From the NCBI RefSeq assembly GCF_037042905.1, contig NW_026974140.1, forward strand, positions 1,242,001-1,306,000: DNA of 64,000 bases, written 5' to 3'. Shown in pieces: positions 63,693 to 64,000 of the stretch. The stretch comes from Lytechinus pictus. Its lineage: Eukaryota. Position 1 is the stretch's first letter. Every line of letters begins with the position of its first letter. The notes below the pieces were generated by a model. It was not told where the DNA came from and made no database searches. It saw nothing but the letters and a program-made list of their open reading frames with translations. Both the position numbers and the translations under genes were made by a program.

Positions 63693-64000
63693 TCGGGGGG
63701 GGGGGGGTGCACTTCCATTGACGAGTGGATACCATGCGCGACCATGGGGTCTCGAAAAGCACCCTAAACACGTATTTTCCATATTCTGAAAATGCACCCC
63801 TTAACAAGTATTGGCGTCTGAAACCCTACCCTTAAAAAGTATTGGAAACAAAACAATATACTCTTGGCAAGTATTCCCTGAAATGAACCCCTAAACAAGT
63901 ACATATATTTTATTGTCATGTCACGGGTCCGTCGGTCGTCGGATTTACCTTTACACACCATTTGGTTTTAGTACGGCCCCAGCTTTCACACCTCGCGCAA
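63693..64000. mobile_element. Second copy of the 31579-32255 MITE, cut by the window end
   Basis: Near-identical CACTTCCATTGACGAGTGGATACCATGCGCGACC... sequence. Confidence 0.85.

Overview
Repeat-rich animal genomic DNA; the repeat families look like those of an invertebrate, probably a sea urchin, but that is inference. (1) The minus strand carries the last 7 coding exons of a THOC2-like gene (62901 down to 36263). Reading phases are consistent across all junctions, and the last intron is an 11.6-kb U12-type AT-AC intron (36297-47900). (2) 7061-26768 is a five-layer transposon nest, each layer delimited by its own termini and TSD: Kolobok-like MITE > GG-ended 8-bp-TSD foldback element > hAT-like > Harbinger-like > LTR retrotransposon. 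(3) The innermost LTR element (8885-15838) has LTRs identical by eye, an intact Gag with an N-terminal ComEA-like helix-hairpin-helix motif, a candidate -1 frameshift signal and a protease, but no RT, RNase H or integrase. (4) A P-element-like MITE (45026-47196) is accompanied by a matching 17+2+17-nt excision-type footprint carried inside two copies of a Kolobok-like MITE. The remainder is many small DNA-transposon and Helentron-like derivatives. All comparisons were made by eye; superfamily names are inferred from TIR/TSD signatures only.
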